Part shown: positions 29,091 through 38,171 of the stretch, piece by piece
Numbering within the stretch: the first letter of the stretch is position 1
How the letters are laid out: each line of letters opens with the position of its first letter
Source of the DNA: a virus
Taxonomy: Duplodnaviria > Caudoviricetes
IMG/VR virus record: IMGVR_UViG_3300032167_000006
DNA: 64,000 bases
Direction: 5' to 3' (one strand)
Translations under genes and position numbers: made by a program
The notes under the pieces: model-generated
Seen by the model: only the letters and a program-made list of their open reading frames with translations
Told to the model about the DNA's origin: nothing
Database searches by the model: none

Positions 29091-30212
29091 ATGGATATTA
29101 TGTTTGAACCTACAAATACATTAGCGTCTGCTAATTTTGATATTCTTAAGGTTGATGCTGTAGAAGATCCCCTTATAAATGTAAATAAATTAGCGACTAT
29201 GGATTTTGAAGAAAACTATACAGCTAAAGTTGTAGATTTTATTAATGAATGTAGAAATGAAATTACTGATAGAAAAATTTCTTTCTATAAGAGTTTAAAT
29301 GAAGCAACGAATGAAAGAGCTGTACTTGAATCGTTCTCTGATTTCTTTACAGGTGTTAAAGATATTATCAATAAATTTATTAAGTTTCTTAAGAAGCTTG
29401 TAGATAGATTTGTTGCTACTTTAATGAAACTTGTGAAATCAGATAATTATATAAAGAAACATAAAGATTACTTTAATCATCTTTCAGATATGGAATTTGA
29501 TTTTAAAGGATATGAATATACATTCAAGCCAAATGTTCCAATGCCTGAAGCTGCATTAGGGTTCAATAATTCTCTCTTTGATACACTTTATAGTAATGAA
29601 AAGAGACAACTTACAGTACAATCTGTAAAAGATTCTATTATTGGTATGGATCTTGAAAAGGATTATAATAAATTCCGTGGTAGAGTTTTAGGTAGAGATG
29701 AAGAGATTTATATTTCTGAATTCTCTGAAGAATTATTTAAAGAGTATCGTAATGGTAGCATGAGCACAGATAATATTACTGCTGATAATTCATATATTCG
29801 TAAATGTCTTAATAGATTCTTAGATTATAATAAAATGCTCAAAGAAATTACACATCAGCGTGATGAAATTATTAAGGCTTATGAAAGAGTACAGAAAGAA
29901 GTAGAAAATATTACTAAACGTAATACTGACTTAGATAAGCAGGCATTTTTATCTAGACTTCCTGCAGATAATATGATTACTGATATCGAAACTACTGCTG
30001 GTGGTACTTTAATGGCTGCCGAATTAATGACTCAGCTTGACGTATACGTACGTGCAAAGATTGATCAGATTCAGGAATATTCTAATATTCATCTTTTAGC
30101 ATTTGGCGGTAAACTTGATGCTATGAAAGAATGTTTGAATCAAGACAGAAATGTCTTATACGTAGCATTACGTAAATCAAATGTACCTTTCGATAAGAAG
30201 GGTGGAAAGTAA
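29091..30212 (+). CDS. Probable internal head protein, paralogue family A (373 aa)
   Basis: VLES-FSDFFTGVKDIINKFIKFLKKLVDRF...YIKKHKD...FDFKGYEY. Confidence 0.65.
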   Translation: MDIMFEPTNTLASANFDILKVDAVEDPLINVNKLATMDFEENYTAKVVDFINECRNEITDRKISFYKSLNEATNERAVLESFSDFFTGVKDIINKFIKFLKKLVDRFVATLMKLVKSDNYIKKHKDYFNHLSDMEFDFKGYEYTFKPNVPMPEAALGFNNSLFDTLYSNEKRQLTVQSVKDSIIGMDLEKDYNKFRGRVLGRDEEIYISEFSEELFKEYRNGSMSTDNITADNSYIRKCLNRFLDYNKMLKEITHQRDEIIKAYERVQKEVENITKRNTDLDKQAFLSRLPADNMITDIETTAGGTLMAAELMTQLDVYVRAKIDQIQEYSNIHLLAFGGKLDAMKECLNQDRNVLYVALRKSNVPFDKKGGK

Positions 30213-30213
30213 A

Positions 30214-31986
30214 ATGATTTTTTCATCTTATATAAATGAAGGTACATCACAAAATAAATCTAAAAACAATTCTAAAAGTAAATTAACTTATGATAGAACT
30301 GGTCTTTTAAAAGATGCAACTAGACTTGTTAAAAGTGAATTAGGTTCTACTATATTACCTCATACTACTTTTAGAATAGATAAAGAATATACCAAAACAG
30401 ACTTTATTAAAGGTAAATGTGAGTTTATTACTATAGCTCACATAAGAAAATCTGCAGAACCATATATAGGCGATCAAAAAGAAAATGCTAAAGCTATTCT
30501 CGATATGTTAAATAGAAGCTGCGATAGTATAAATAAAAAATTACCTGATGGTTGTAGATTAATACCTAAATATAAAGGAAATCCTAGTAGTGATGAAGAA
30601 TGGGATGGTTGGAATATAAATTTAACCGTTCCTAAAACTGGAAATGAATTTCTAAAAGAATCATATATAGGAGGTGACAAAGATTTGATATTTGAAGAGA
30701 ATATTAAAGAATCTACTATCGATGAACCAGAAGTATTATCTTTCTCTGGTAATAATGGTGGAAGCTATATTCAGGATACTTTATATGAGTCTTACATTCA
30801 GGCTAAGATTGATGCTGAAGACCGTTTAGCTTTTGCTTTAAAAGAGTCTAGAATTATTTCTGAGTCTGATTATTCTAATATTAGAGTTCTTCAAGAAGCT
30901 AAAATGGGTGATAAGCTTAAAGCTAGATGGCATAAATTTGTTGCTTTCATAAAAAACATGTTTGCTAAATTTATGGAATCTATATCAAATATATTACTTA
31001 ATGAAAAAAGTTATCTTGAAAAATATAAAGATATTATTCTTAAAAAGAAACCTAAAGATAATTTAGAATATTCATACACTGGAAATTATGAAGTTGGCGT
31101 TCAACGTATTATAGAACTTGAAGTGCCTTTATTTGAATATGAAAAATATAAAGATGCTCTTGAAGATGAGGGCGATGGCGCATTAGTTAATAAACTTATG
31201 AGTAACAAAACTGGATTTTCATATACAGATGGTGAAACTCTTGCCGAACAATTTAAAGGTTATTTTCTTAATTTGGACGATGGTCAAAAATCTGGTAAGT
31301 TCTCTGAACTTGCTGATAAAATGACTACAATGTATAATTTCTGTTATAACTTTAATAAAATTCAAGGTATTGTAAAAGCAGATACTGCAAAGATTGATGA
31401 GTCTACTAGACGCATTGAGAAAATGATTAATGATAATATCGCAAAGAATGCTCAAAATAACACTCAGAAACCGGATAATACAGGTGATGAAAATTCTGAA
31501 GGTGAAGGTAAAGAGCCTAAAGAAATGACTACTGTTACGCCTGAAAATGAATCTACAATAAATTCTTTTGCTAGAACTATTTTTACAGAAGAAGAAAAAC
31601 CTCAGAAAGTTAATATAAAAACTACAACTGATGTTTCTAAAGCCGTTGGTAGCACTAGCAATATAAACAAAGATGATGAAAAAGGCGCTGCAGATAATGC
31701 TACTGGTGCTACTGAAGGTAAGAATTCTAATGATATTAAAAATGCTGCTGATAAATGGATTAGAGTATGCAGTGCACTCATAGGTGCTAAGCTGACTGCA
31801 TGCCAACAAATAGCAGATGACTATATGAAAATTATTAGAGCTCATGTACGTTCATATGTAGGTTCTGGTAAAAAGAATAAAGAAGGAGATACTTCTGCGG
31901 CTAAAGGTGCAGAGTATAAAGATAAGGCTGCTGATGCAAAACAGAAAGCTGCTGATGCTCAAAAGAATCTAGATAAATCCCTCTAG
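30214..31986 (+). CDS. Probable internal head protein, paralogue family A, with extra N-terminal module
   Basis: Likely start ATG 30214 (MIFSS, AAGGGTGG RBS) rather than 30181; LQEA-KMGDKLKARWHKFVAFIKNMFAKF...YLEKYKDIILKK; internal AGGAGG+TTG at 30669-30687. Confidence 0.65.
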   Translation: MIFSSYINEGTSQNKSKNNSKSKLTYDRTGLLKDATRLVKSELGSTILPHTTFRIDKEYTKTDFIKGKCEFITIAHIRKSAEPYIGDQKENAKAILDMLNRSCDSINKKLPDGCRLIPKYKGNPSSDEEWDGWNINLTVPKTGNEFLKESYIGGDKDLIFEENIKESTIDEPEVLSFSGNNGGSYIQDTLYESYIQAKIDAEDRLAFALKESRIISESDYSNIRVLQEAKMGDKLKARWHKFVAFIKNMFAKFMESISNILLNEKSYLEKYKDIILKKKPKDNLEYSYTGNYEVGVQRIIELEVPLFEYEKYKDALEDEGDGALVNKLMSNKTGFSYTDGETLAEQFKGYFLNLDDGQKSGKFSELADKMTTMYNFCYNFNKIQGIVKADTAKIDESTRRIEKMINDNIAKNAQNNTQKPDNTGDENSEGEGKEPKEMTTVTPENESTINSFARTIFTEEEKPQKVNIKTTTDVSKAVGSTSNINKDDEKGAADNATGATEGKNSNDIKNAADKWIRVCSALIGAKLTACQQIADDYMKIIRAHVRSYVGSGKKNKEGDTSAAKGAEYKDKAADAKQKAADAQKNLDKSL

Positions 31987-32036
31987 AGGCAATTAAATTT
32001 TATAAATAAAACTAAAATAAACTAAAGTAAGCTGCT

Positions 32037-32064
32037 TACCCCTAGGGATCACTCCCTAGGGGTA
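32037..32064. terminator. Hairpin terminator between convergent genes
   Basis: TACCCCTAGGGA-TCAC-TCCCTAGGGGTA 12-bp stem. Confidence 0.75.
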
Positions 32065-32068
32065 TATT

Positions 32069-33277
32069 TTATTTTTCTATTTTTTTAAGATTAATCATAG
32101 TTGCAAGATTGAACGCATCGTCTTCTCTCATAAAGCATTCACGTTTTCTATATACTAAGTAATCGCCATTATGATCTTTATAACTATTAATATGATTAAT
32201 AGTGACTCTTTTATTTGGCGTAAATAAATCAGTATCTAAATCTGATTTCATTATATAGACTAAGAAGTTAGTACTATTTTTATCAGCAGCAATATTATCT
32301 AACATACCTTCATTATCATTAGCAAGTCTAACGCTAATATTTTTATCAGTAAGATATTTAGATTTATTTTTTAATGAAATTATTGATTCTCCACTACTGG
32401 TCTTGCCGGTTAATACAGTTTGGCTTTTATTGACAATAGTATTATCATAAATCTGCGTATTTGCATAGTTGACAGGTACCTGATAAGTTTTTGAGGTTCT
32501 ATTAATAATTGTACCTATTTCATTAGCATTTGTTGCTAATACATCTTCTATCTCAATAATAACAGATGTGTATAATTCTCCAGGTTTCTTTATAGCTTTA
32601 CCAGATGAAGATAATAAATAAGTAAAATTAAAATCTTGATAATATCTAAATGGAGTACTATAAAAAACTCTTATATTATTTAAAGCTATAAGTGCTTTTG
32701 TAACAGAATTTTCTTCTGGTAAAAATAACTGATTAATTACTTTAGAATCTCCAATTGGCTCCATAATAAGATTATTAAAATGACTCATTACTTGTCTTAC
32801 TGGTTCTCCAATAGTTGTATTTTTTAATGTATAATTAAAACTCTTTTTATTATTATTAATATGATCAACACACATTAATCCAATCGATACAGTTACATAT
32901 GTATTACTTAAATATGTATCAGCTGTCTCTTCTGTATAGTCTACAGAGTCATTACTATTTACATTTTTAGGTAAAAAATAAGTAAACTTTTTTCTAAAGC
33001 ATTCTATTTCTTGTTTTTCATCTGTAAGATTATCAAACTTATTTAATGCTATCATAATTAAATTTTCATTACAATTTACTATCATATCATCTATTAATTT
33101 TTTATCTAAAGTAAGATTAGCATATAATACAGGCATGCAATTAACTTCATAATTATGATCTATAATAATAGACTTAATACTTTCATTTAATATATTAACG
33201 GATTTACCTCGTTTTTGATCTAAATATGCCATAGATATAGTATACCTATATTGAGTTGATCTAGTTTTATCTGCCAT
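32069..33277 (-). CDS. Virion structural protein, possible baseplate hub (402 aa)
   Basis: AGGAGG RBS; variant late motif GACA-TGCTAG-TA at 33297-33308; beta-rich protein; hub call is weak. Confidence 0.5.
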   Translation of the reverse strand: MADKTRSTQYRYTISMAYLDQKRGKSVNILNESIKSIIIDHNYEVNCMPVLYANLTLDKKLIDDMIVNCNENLIMIALNKFDNLTDEKQEIECFRKKFTYFLPKNVNSNDSVDYTEETADTYLSNTYVTVSIGLMCVDHINNNKKSFNYTLKNTTIGEPVRQVMSHFNNLIMEPIGDSKVINQLFLPEENSVTKALIALNNIRVFYSTPFRYYQDFNFTYLLSSSGKAIKKPGELYTSVIIEIEDVLATNANEIGTIINRTSKTYQVPVNYANTQIYDNTIVNKSQTVLTGKTSSGESIISLKNKSKYLTDKNISVRLANDNEGMLDNIAADKNSTNFLVYIMKSDLDTDLFTPNKRVTINHINSYKDHNGDYLVYRKRECFMREDDAFNLATMINLKKIEK

Positions 33278-33334
33278 GTTAACACCTCCTAAGTATTACT
33301 AGCATGTCGTATACCATAAAAAATAAGAAAAAAT

Positions 33335-33560
33335 CAAAAAAGAGCAGACGGGTGGATTTCTCCACCCATATTATAAAACACACAGCAATAAAATATTTAT
33401 TTCTTAATTGAAATAAAGATACATTAATATTTTTGATAATTACGGCTATTATAAATGTAGTATATTTTATTACTGCGTACTTTAAATAATATTTAGATTG
33501 ATATTAATAATGTATTCCAATATTTCAGATTAAATAGAAAAATAAATTTATTCTATTCAT
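33335..33560 (-). ncRNA. Candidate structured non-coding RNA (~220 nt)
   Basis: Early-type promoter motif at 33565-33576; 22-bp stem (33462-33483 with 33375-33396) fully paired only on the minus strand (4 G.U); terminator GGGTGGA-GAAA-TCCACCC (33350-33367) plus U-tract; no ORF of note. Confidence 0.55.
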
Positions 33561-33602
33561 ATTTATAATATATGTGTTAAAAATGATAAAAAGGCAAAAA
33601 AT

Positions 33603-33630
33603 ATAAGTGAGGTAATTAAACCTCACTTAT
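33603..33630 (-). terminator. Hairpin terminator
   Basis: ATAAGTGAGGT-AATTAA-ACCTCACTTAT, followed on the minus strand by a T-tract. Confidence 0.7.
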
Positions 33631-33799
33631 GTTTATTTTTCTTTTTAGCTTCTCTTTCTTTCATATATTTCATAAATTCTTCATATTCCTGATCTGTTAT
33701 TGCAGGATCTTTACGATCTTTATTTCTTACTACATATGCAGCGATGCATAAATAAAAAAGTAGTACTAATAAGATTATTGTTGCTATTATAGTCCTCAT
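33623..33799 (-). CDS. Small membrane protein (58 aa)
   Basis: Below track cutoff; MRTIIATIILLVLLFYLCIAAYVVRNKDRKDP... read by eye, single TM helix, TAGG RBS. Confidence 0.6.
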   Translation of the reverse strand: MRTIIATIILLVLLFYLCIAAYVVRNKDRKDPAITDQEYEEFMKYMKEREAKKKNKHK

Positions 33800-33824
33800 A
33801 TGCTATTTACCTACCCTATGTATT

Positions 33825-34145
33825 TTAGCATGGTTCTACTTTAATATTATCGCATCTATTAACAATTTCGCATAATACAGAACCATTTTCTTTTTTCATA
33901 TTTCTTACATATGTTTCCATTGCATTAACTTCATTAGTACCAACTACTGCTACAGGGTTAGACCATATTTGTGCTCCATTAATAGATTCATATTCACAAA
34001 TCATATACATGGAACAATGTCTTAATTGTCCAACAAGATCTCTTGGCATAAGGCCATATAAATAATCCAATCCATAATTAACAACAGTCTGATTCACTAA
34101 TGGTAATAAATTTTCAGGAATTTTAAATTTAAACTTTACTGCCAT
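33825..34145 (-). CDS. Hypothetical protein (~106 aa)
   Basis: AAGG RBS favours the MAVKF start at 34145. Confidence 0.65.
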   Translation of the reverse strand: MAVKFKFKIPENLLPLVNQTVVNYGLDYLYGLMPRDLVGQLRHCSMYMICEYESINGAQIWSNPVAVVGTNEVNAMETYVRNMKKENGSVLCEIVNRCDNIKVEPC

Positions 34146-34431
34146 CTTTATCGCCTTCTTTTTCAAAATTATTAAGCCATGCTTTAATATATTCTAAAGT
34201 ACATTTTTCTTCTCTAAATATCATCTCACGTTTATCATCTTTTAATTTTGAATTAGATACTGATTGGAATGTTATTTCAACAATCCAAATTTTACCATCT
34301 CTAGTATCACATGAGCATCTTACATATTTAACTATTTTACGATCTTGCTTATAGTTTTCATACATATTACGCCAACTATGTTTATCGTTAATATATTCTA
34401 ATAATTCAGCATATTCTTTAGGTGTCATCAT
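34129..34431 (-). CDS. Hypothetical protein (100 aa)
   Basis: GGAG RBS, in operon. Confidence 0.7.
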   Translation of the reverse strand: MMTPKEYAELLEYINDKHSWRNMYENYKQDRKIVKYVRCSCDTRDGKIWIVEITFQSVSNSKLKDDKREMIFREEKCTLEYIKAWLNNFEKEGDKDGSKV

Positions 34432-34450
34432 AATAACATATTCTCCGTTT

Positions 34451-35530
34451 CTATAATGAATTAAGATCTAATGGATTATCTGCAAAATATCTATTATTTA
34501 TATCTTGCACTGTTTGTGGATCATTAAAATTAACCATCCATGTATAATCAATAGCTTCAGGCATTTGAGTATATAATAAATGCTGATAAATAATATCACA
34601 AGCATTATATCTAAATTTAAAATTTGTAGCATCAATATATTTAGATAATTCAGGCAATACCGTATACACATAGTCTGTATCAGCAGTATGTGAATTTAAT
34701 ATCTTACCATTCAATATAGCTTCATTTAAAATACGAATAGCTACAGTGCTACTTATAGCAGAATTTAGATTAAATTGTTTATTACCTGTAAGAGACATTA
34801 ATAAACTAAGATGTTGCGGATTTATAGCATTAATATATTCTAAAGTTTTTGCTGATGATATATTAGAATAATATTGATATAAAATATTTCCACCAAATAC
34901 TGGAAATGAAGTATCTTCTCCAATATGTTTTCTTGGTCTAAATACAGCAGTATTAGGTACCAATGCAGGTATTTGATAAGCGTACGTATTTTTAGTTATA
35001 ATTATTGCAGGCACATTTGGATTTTTAAGTATATTATCATATACAAATAATGGAAACATTGATTTCTTATTTACAAGATATATATCTTCCATATATGCGA
35101 CTAATATTTTAACCATTTCTAATTGAGATAAAATAAGTTCATTGTTTCTAGCATAATTTATAGTAGATTTAAAATCGTCTGTACTAAATCCATTATAAAA
35201 TTGCTTATGATTATTAGTAGAGTTATCAGCATAAACAAGAAATATTCTAGTATACATATGATGATATCTTCTAAAATATCCTCTTAAATGAGCTGCTAAA
35301 TTAATTACAGCTGATACTATGACATATTGTTTGTCTGCATAAATATCTTTACCATAAATTGGTTTTAGCATATCAAATATATCAACGTATATATCAATTG
35401 AATTAGATGGAGCACTATTAGCAAATGCTGCTCCTACTAATTCTTGTAATTTAGTATATTTAATATAATATCCAAATAAGATACTTTCTAAATTTTGTCT
35501 GATATCGTTTATACTGCGATTCTCATTCAT
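34451..35530 (-). CDS. Hypothetical protein, possibly FEN/T4 RNase H-like fold with degenerate active site (359 aa)
   Basis: IYVDIFDML, RIFLVYAD, AIIITKN..YQ and LLMSLTG fall where 5' nuclease motifs would, but most catalytic Asp are missing. Confidence 0.4.
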   Translation of the reverse strand: MNENRSINDIRQNLESILFGYYIKYTKLQELVGAAFANSAPSNSIDIYVDIFDMLKPIYGKDIYADKQYVIVSAVINLAAHLRGYFRRYHHMYTRIFLVYADNSTNNHKQFYNGFSTDDFKSTINYARNNELILSQLEMVKILVAYMEDIYLVNKKSMFPLFVYDNILKNPNVPAIIITKNTYAYQIPALVPNTAVFRPRKHIGEDTSFPVFGGNILYQYYSNISSAKTLEYINAINPQHLSLLMSLTGNKQFNLNSAISSTVAIRILNEAILNGKILNSHTADTDYVYTVLPELSKYIDATNFKFRYNACDIIYQHLLYTQMPEAIDYTWMVNFNDPQTVQDINNRYFADNPLDLNSL

Positions 35531-35543
35531 TTATATCAGTCCT

Positions 35544-35939
35544 TTATTCTTCAGAATATGCAGATCCTAAAAGCTCTGAAGGATCATAGTATTCTTCTGA
35601 CCCATCATCAGATTCTTCATCAGGATCATTAAGATGTTTCATAACATCATCATACTCATCTCTTTGAGAAACTGCTTTAATAATACGCTTAGTATTACCG
35701 TAACCCTGCTCTACAAGAACTGCAGATAATTCATCTGCACCATCATCAGATAGTGTAACGCCTTTCATAGCACGTTCTTGTCCATCTTGGTAGTTCCATT
35801 TTCTTAAATCAAGTTTAGGTTCTCTACCATTCCAACTTACTTTACGAAGATTAAGACTTGAATTACCAGCTTCTTCAATAATAAAATCAAAACCTTCTTG
35901 GATATCCATAGTAAATTCTTTATTATTATCTTTTGCCAT
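35544..35939 (-). CDS. PC4/YdbC-family ssDNA-binding protein with acidic tail
   Basis: LNLRKVSWNGREPKLDLRKW...MKGVTLS..E PC4/YdbC signature; D/E-rich C-terminus. Confidence 0.8.
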   Translation of the reverse strand: MAKDNNKEFTMDIQEGFDFIIEEAGNSSLNLRKVSWNGREPKLDLRKWNYQDGQERAMKGVTLSDDGADELSAVLVEQGYGNTKRIIKAVSQRDEYDDVMKHLNDPDEESDDGSEEYYDPSELLGSAYSEE

Positions 35940-36011
35940 AGTTATTTTCCTCTCAATAAATTATTTATTATATTGTAATTTGATATTTATTTTCAAAAAA
36001 TAAAAGATATA

Positions 36012-36032
36012 GGGGTGGGTATAACCCACCCC
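36012..36032 (-). terminator. Hairpin terminator
   Basis: GGGGTGGGT-ATA-ACCCACCCC with T-tract on the minus strand. Confidence 0.7.
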
Positions 36033-36050
36033 ATCTTTCAACAAATGAGA

Positions 36051-36890
36051 TTAGCTGTACATCTGTACGCCGAGATACTGCTGCGGAACAGGATTCTCTT
36101 TCATAAAGATTGCTTCGATAGCTGCTGAATCGAACTGCTCAATATTCATAACAAAGCTGCCGTCAGCAAGACCTTTAATGAAGCGTACTTCATAACGAGC
36201 TTCTGATCTGTAGTTGGTATCACCAGATTCATTTGCTACGGTTTTGGTAATAATATCGCGTCCATAAATTTCCTGAACAAGACGACGAATATCAAAACCT
36301 GATACACGGACCAAAATACGATCTGTGTTGTAAGCTCTATGGAAAGGATCAGTTACAGGAATATGAACTTCGCTAAGAACTTCTGCATTTCCCCAAACCT
36401 TATTATTGTTAGGAAGATTTGCATTCTTACCACCAAACATAAACTTTGATAAGAGAAGCTTGGTTTCATTGTTCAAAGTGAATGCCTTGCCAGCGCGGCG
36501 GTTCTGTGTTACCTGCATACGCTCATAGAGATTACCTTTGCCACTAACAGGATCGATAAGTGAATCAAGATTCATGATCTTACCTGCGGGAAGTGACTCT
36601 GTGTTGCGCTCAAAGAATAAATCAACAGCAATCTGACCATTGGGTAAAAGACGCATATTGCATCCCTTAACTTCGTGGAATGTCTGTTTGAAATAAGCGC
36701 AGATTTTTCTGCTAAGATCAGCAGAATTCACTCTGGTTGTCTTTCCGAATGCTTCGAAAGTTTCAGGCTGCCATTTAAGTGCCTCTGTACCATCAAAGCC
36801 ATTTCCGTACTCAACGGGGTTCTTTGTGTTGTTGTTTGTAATTTCTCCTTCAGAAACTACATTTGTGAAGATTGTGTTTTCGGTTGCCAT
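36051..36890 (-). CDS. Hypothetical, probably highly expressed early protein (279 aa)
   Basis: GGAGG RBS; own early-type motif (36998-37010) and terminator; GC-richer codon usage than neighbours. Confidence 0.8.
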   Translation of the reverse strand: MATENTIFTNVVSEGEITNNNTKNPVEYGNGFDGTEALKWQPETFEAFGKTTRVNSADLSRKICAYFKQTFHEVKGCNMRLLPNGQIAVDLFFERNTESLPAGKIMNLDSLIDPVSGKGNLYERMQVTQNRRAGKAFTLNNETKLLLSKFMFGGKNANLPNNNKVWGNAEVLSEVHIPVTDPFHRAYNTDRILVRVSGFDIRRLVQEIYGRDIITKTVANESGDTNYRSEARYEVRFIKGLADGSFVMNIEQFDSAAIEAIFMKENPVPQQYLGVQMYS

Positions 36891-37041
36891 AAAGCATTTA
36901 CCTCCGATATAAAAATATTTTTTATATAAACCGAGTTCTTCATACTCGGGATATATTAAGTTAATTATATAGATATTATTTATCTATATGCACATTAATA
37001 GTATACAATTATTTCTTAGTTTACGCAGTTGTAAATTTATA

Positions 37042-37989
37042 TTAATGAGTTAATCCAAATGATTCTAATACCTGCATATCATCAGCATTGTCTGCATAGT
37101 ATCCATCTATTTCATATGCAATAAGATAAATTTTATTTTCAGAATCACATACAACTACATGTTGCACATTTACAATTTTAGATATATCAATATCTTTATC
37201 ATACTTGATAACTCTTATATTAGAAATATATCTTCTAATCATATCCTGTAAACGTTCTTTTTGTTTTTCATTTAATATGATATCACCGTTAGAATTATAA
37301 GATTCTTTACCGAGAACTATAGGGAAATCAATTTGAGTTATATTAAAAATAGATTTATAATTTCCAATAAAATCATTTTCTTCCCAAAGCTGTTCAAGAC
37401 TTTCTGTAGTTCCATTAATCATATCAGCCATTGTAGATTTTATAGATAATAATGTATTATCTATTTTCTTCTTAAGCTTTTTAGGGATGCATTCTAACAT
37501 ATCACTCTCTGAATCATCAAGATAAACAGCTATTGAAAACTGTTCTTCAATTTCTTCAAATGTCATAAATTCAGCCATTTCTTCTTTAGATGAATTAACC
37601 ATAGTTGCACATTCACCAATGAAAATATTACCAAATTCATTTTGTGAAATATTCTTAAATTTAGAATATATATTTTGTCTAAGAATTAATGCAGGCTCCT
37701 GTGTTCCCATTGTAATATCTGTAGCTCTATTTACACAGAAATAAACGTCTTTTACTTCAGTACCATCAAAATCAGGTTCTTTAGTAATCATTATATTTAA
37801 AAACGCATCGGGAGTAATTCTTATATATTTATCAGTCAATTCTTGACCAGATAAAATAAATTTTTCATCTGAACCAATCTCTTTTAAAGCATACATATCT
37901 GCATCTTTAAATTTAGTAATTCTTCTTACTTTAAGCTCGTCATTTTCAAAAATTTGATATTTAGTTCCTATAATTTGCATATATATCAT
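37042..37989 (-). CDS. Hypothetical protein (315 aa)
   Basis: GAAAGG RBS; long ORF. Confidence 0.75.
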   Translation of the reverse strand: MIYMQIIGTKYQIFENDELKVRRITKFKDADMYALKEIGSDEKFILSGQELTDKYIRITPDAFLNIMITKEPDFDGTEVKDVYFCVNRATDITMGTQEPALILRQNIYSKFKNISQNEFGNIFIGECATMVNSSKEEMAEFMTFEEIEEQFSIAVYLDDSESDMLECIPKKLKKKIDNTLLSIKSTMADMINGTTESLEQLWEENDFIGNYKSIFNITQIDFPIVLGKESYNSNGDIILNEKQKERLQDMIRRYISNIRVIKYDKDIDISKIVNVQHVVVCDSENKIYLIAYEIDGYYADNADDMQVLESFGLTH

Positions 37990-38057
37990 CCTTTCGTTAA
38001 ATTAATAATTAGTTCTATAATTAATATAATTATATTTTATAGCGTGAACATTATTGT

Positions 38058-38147
38058 AAATAGATGTGCAATTAATTTGAACCTCCTTAAAATAATAATC
38101 GTTAAATGGTCCCATGGGAGAAATCCCATGGGATACATTTTGTTTTT
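38058..38147 (+). ncRNA. Candidate late small RNA carrying an anti-Shine-Dalgarno motif
   Basis: AACA-TTATTG-TA at 38047-38058, ACCTCCTTA at 38081-38089, hairpin TCCCATGGGA-GAAA-TCCCATGGGA (38110-38133) plus T-tract. Confidence 0.4.
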
Positions 38148-38171
38148 ATCATTATTATAGTATATGCTTAA

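Noticed and set aside
32037-38133. Hairpins with self-palindromic arms (CCCTAGGG at 32037-32064, TCCCATGGGA at 38110-38133) as recombination sites or operators
   Set aside because: Gene-end positions, GNRA loops and T-tracts fit ordinary terminators; no recombinase nearby
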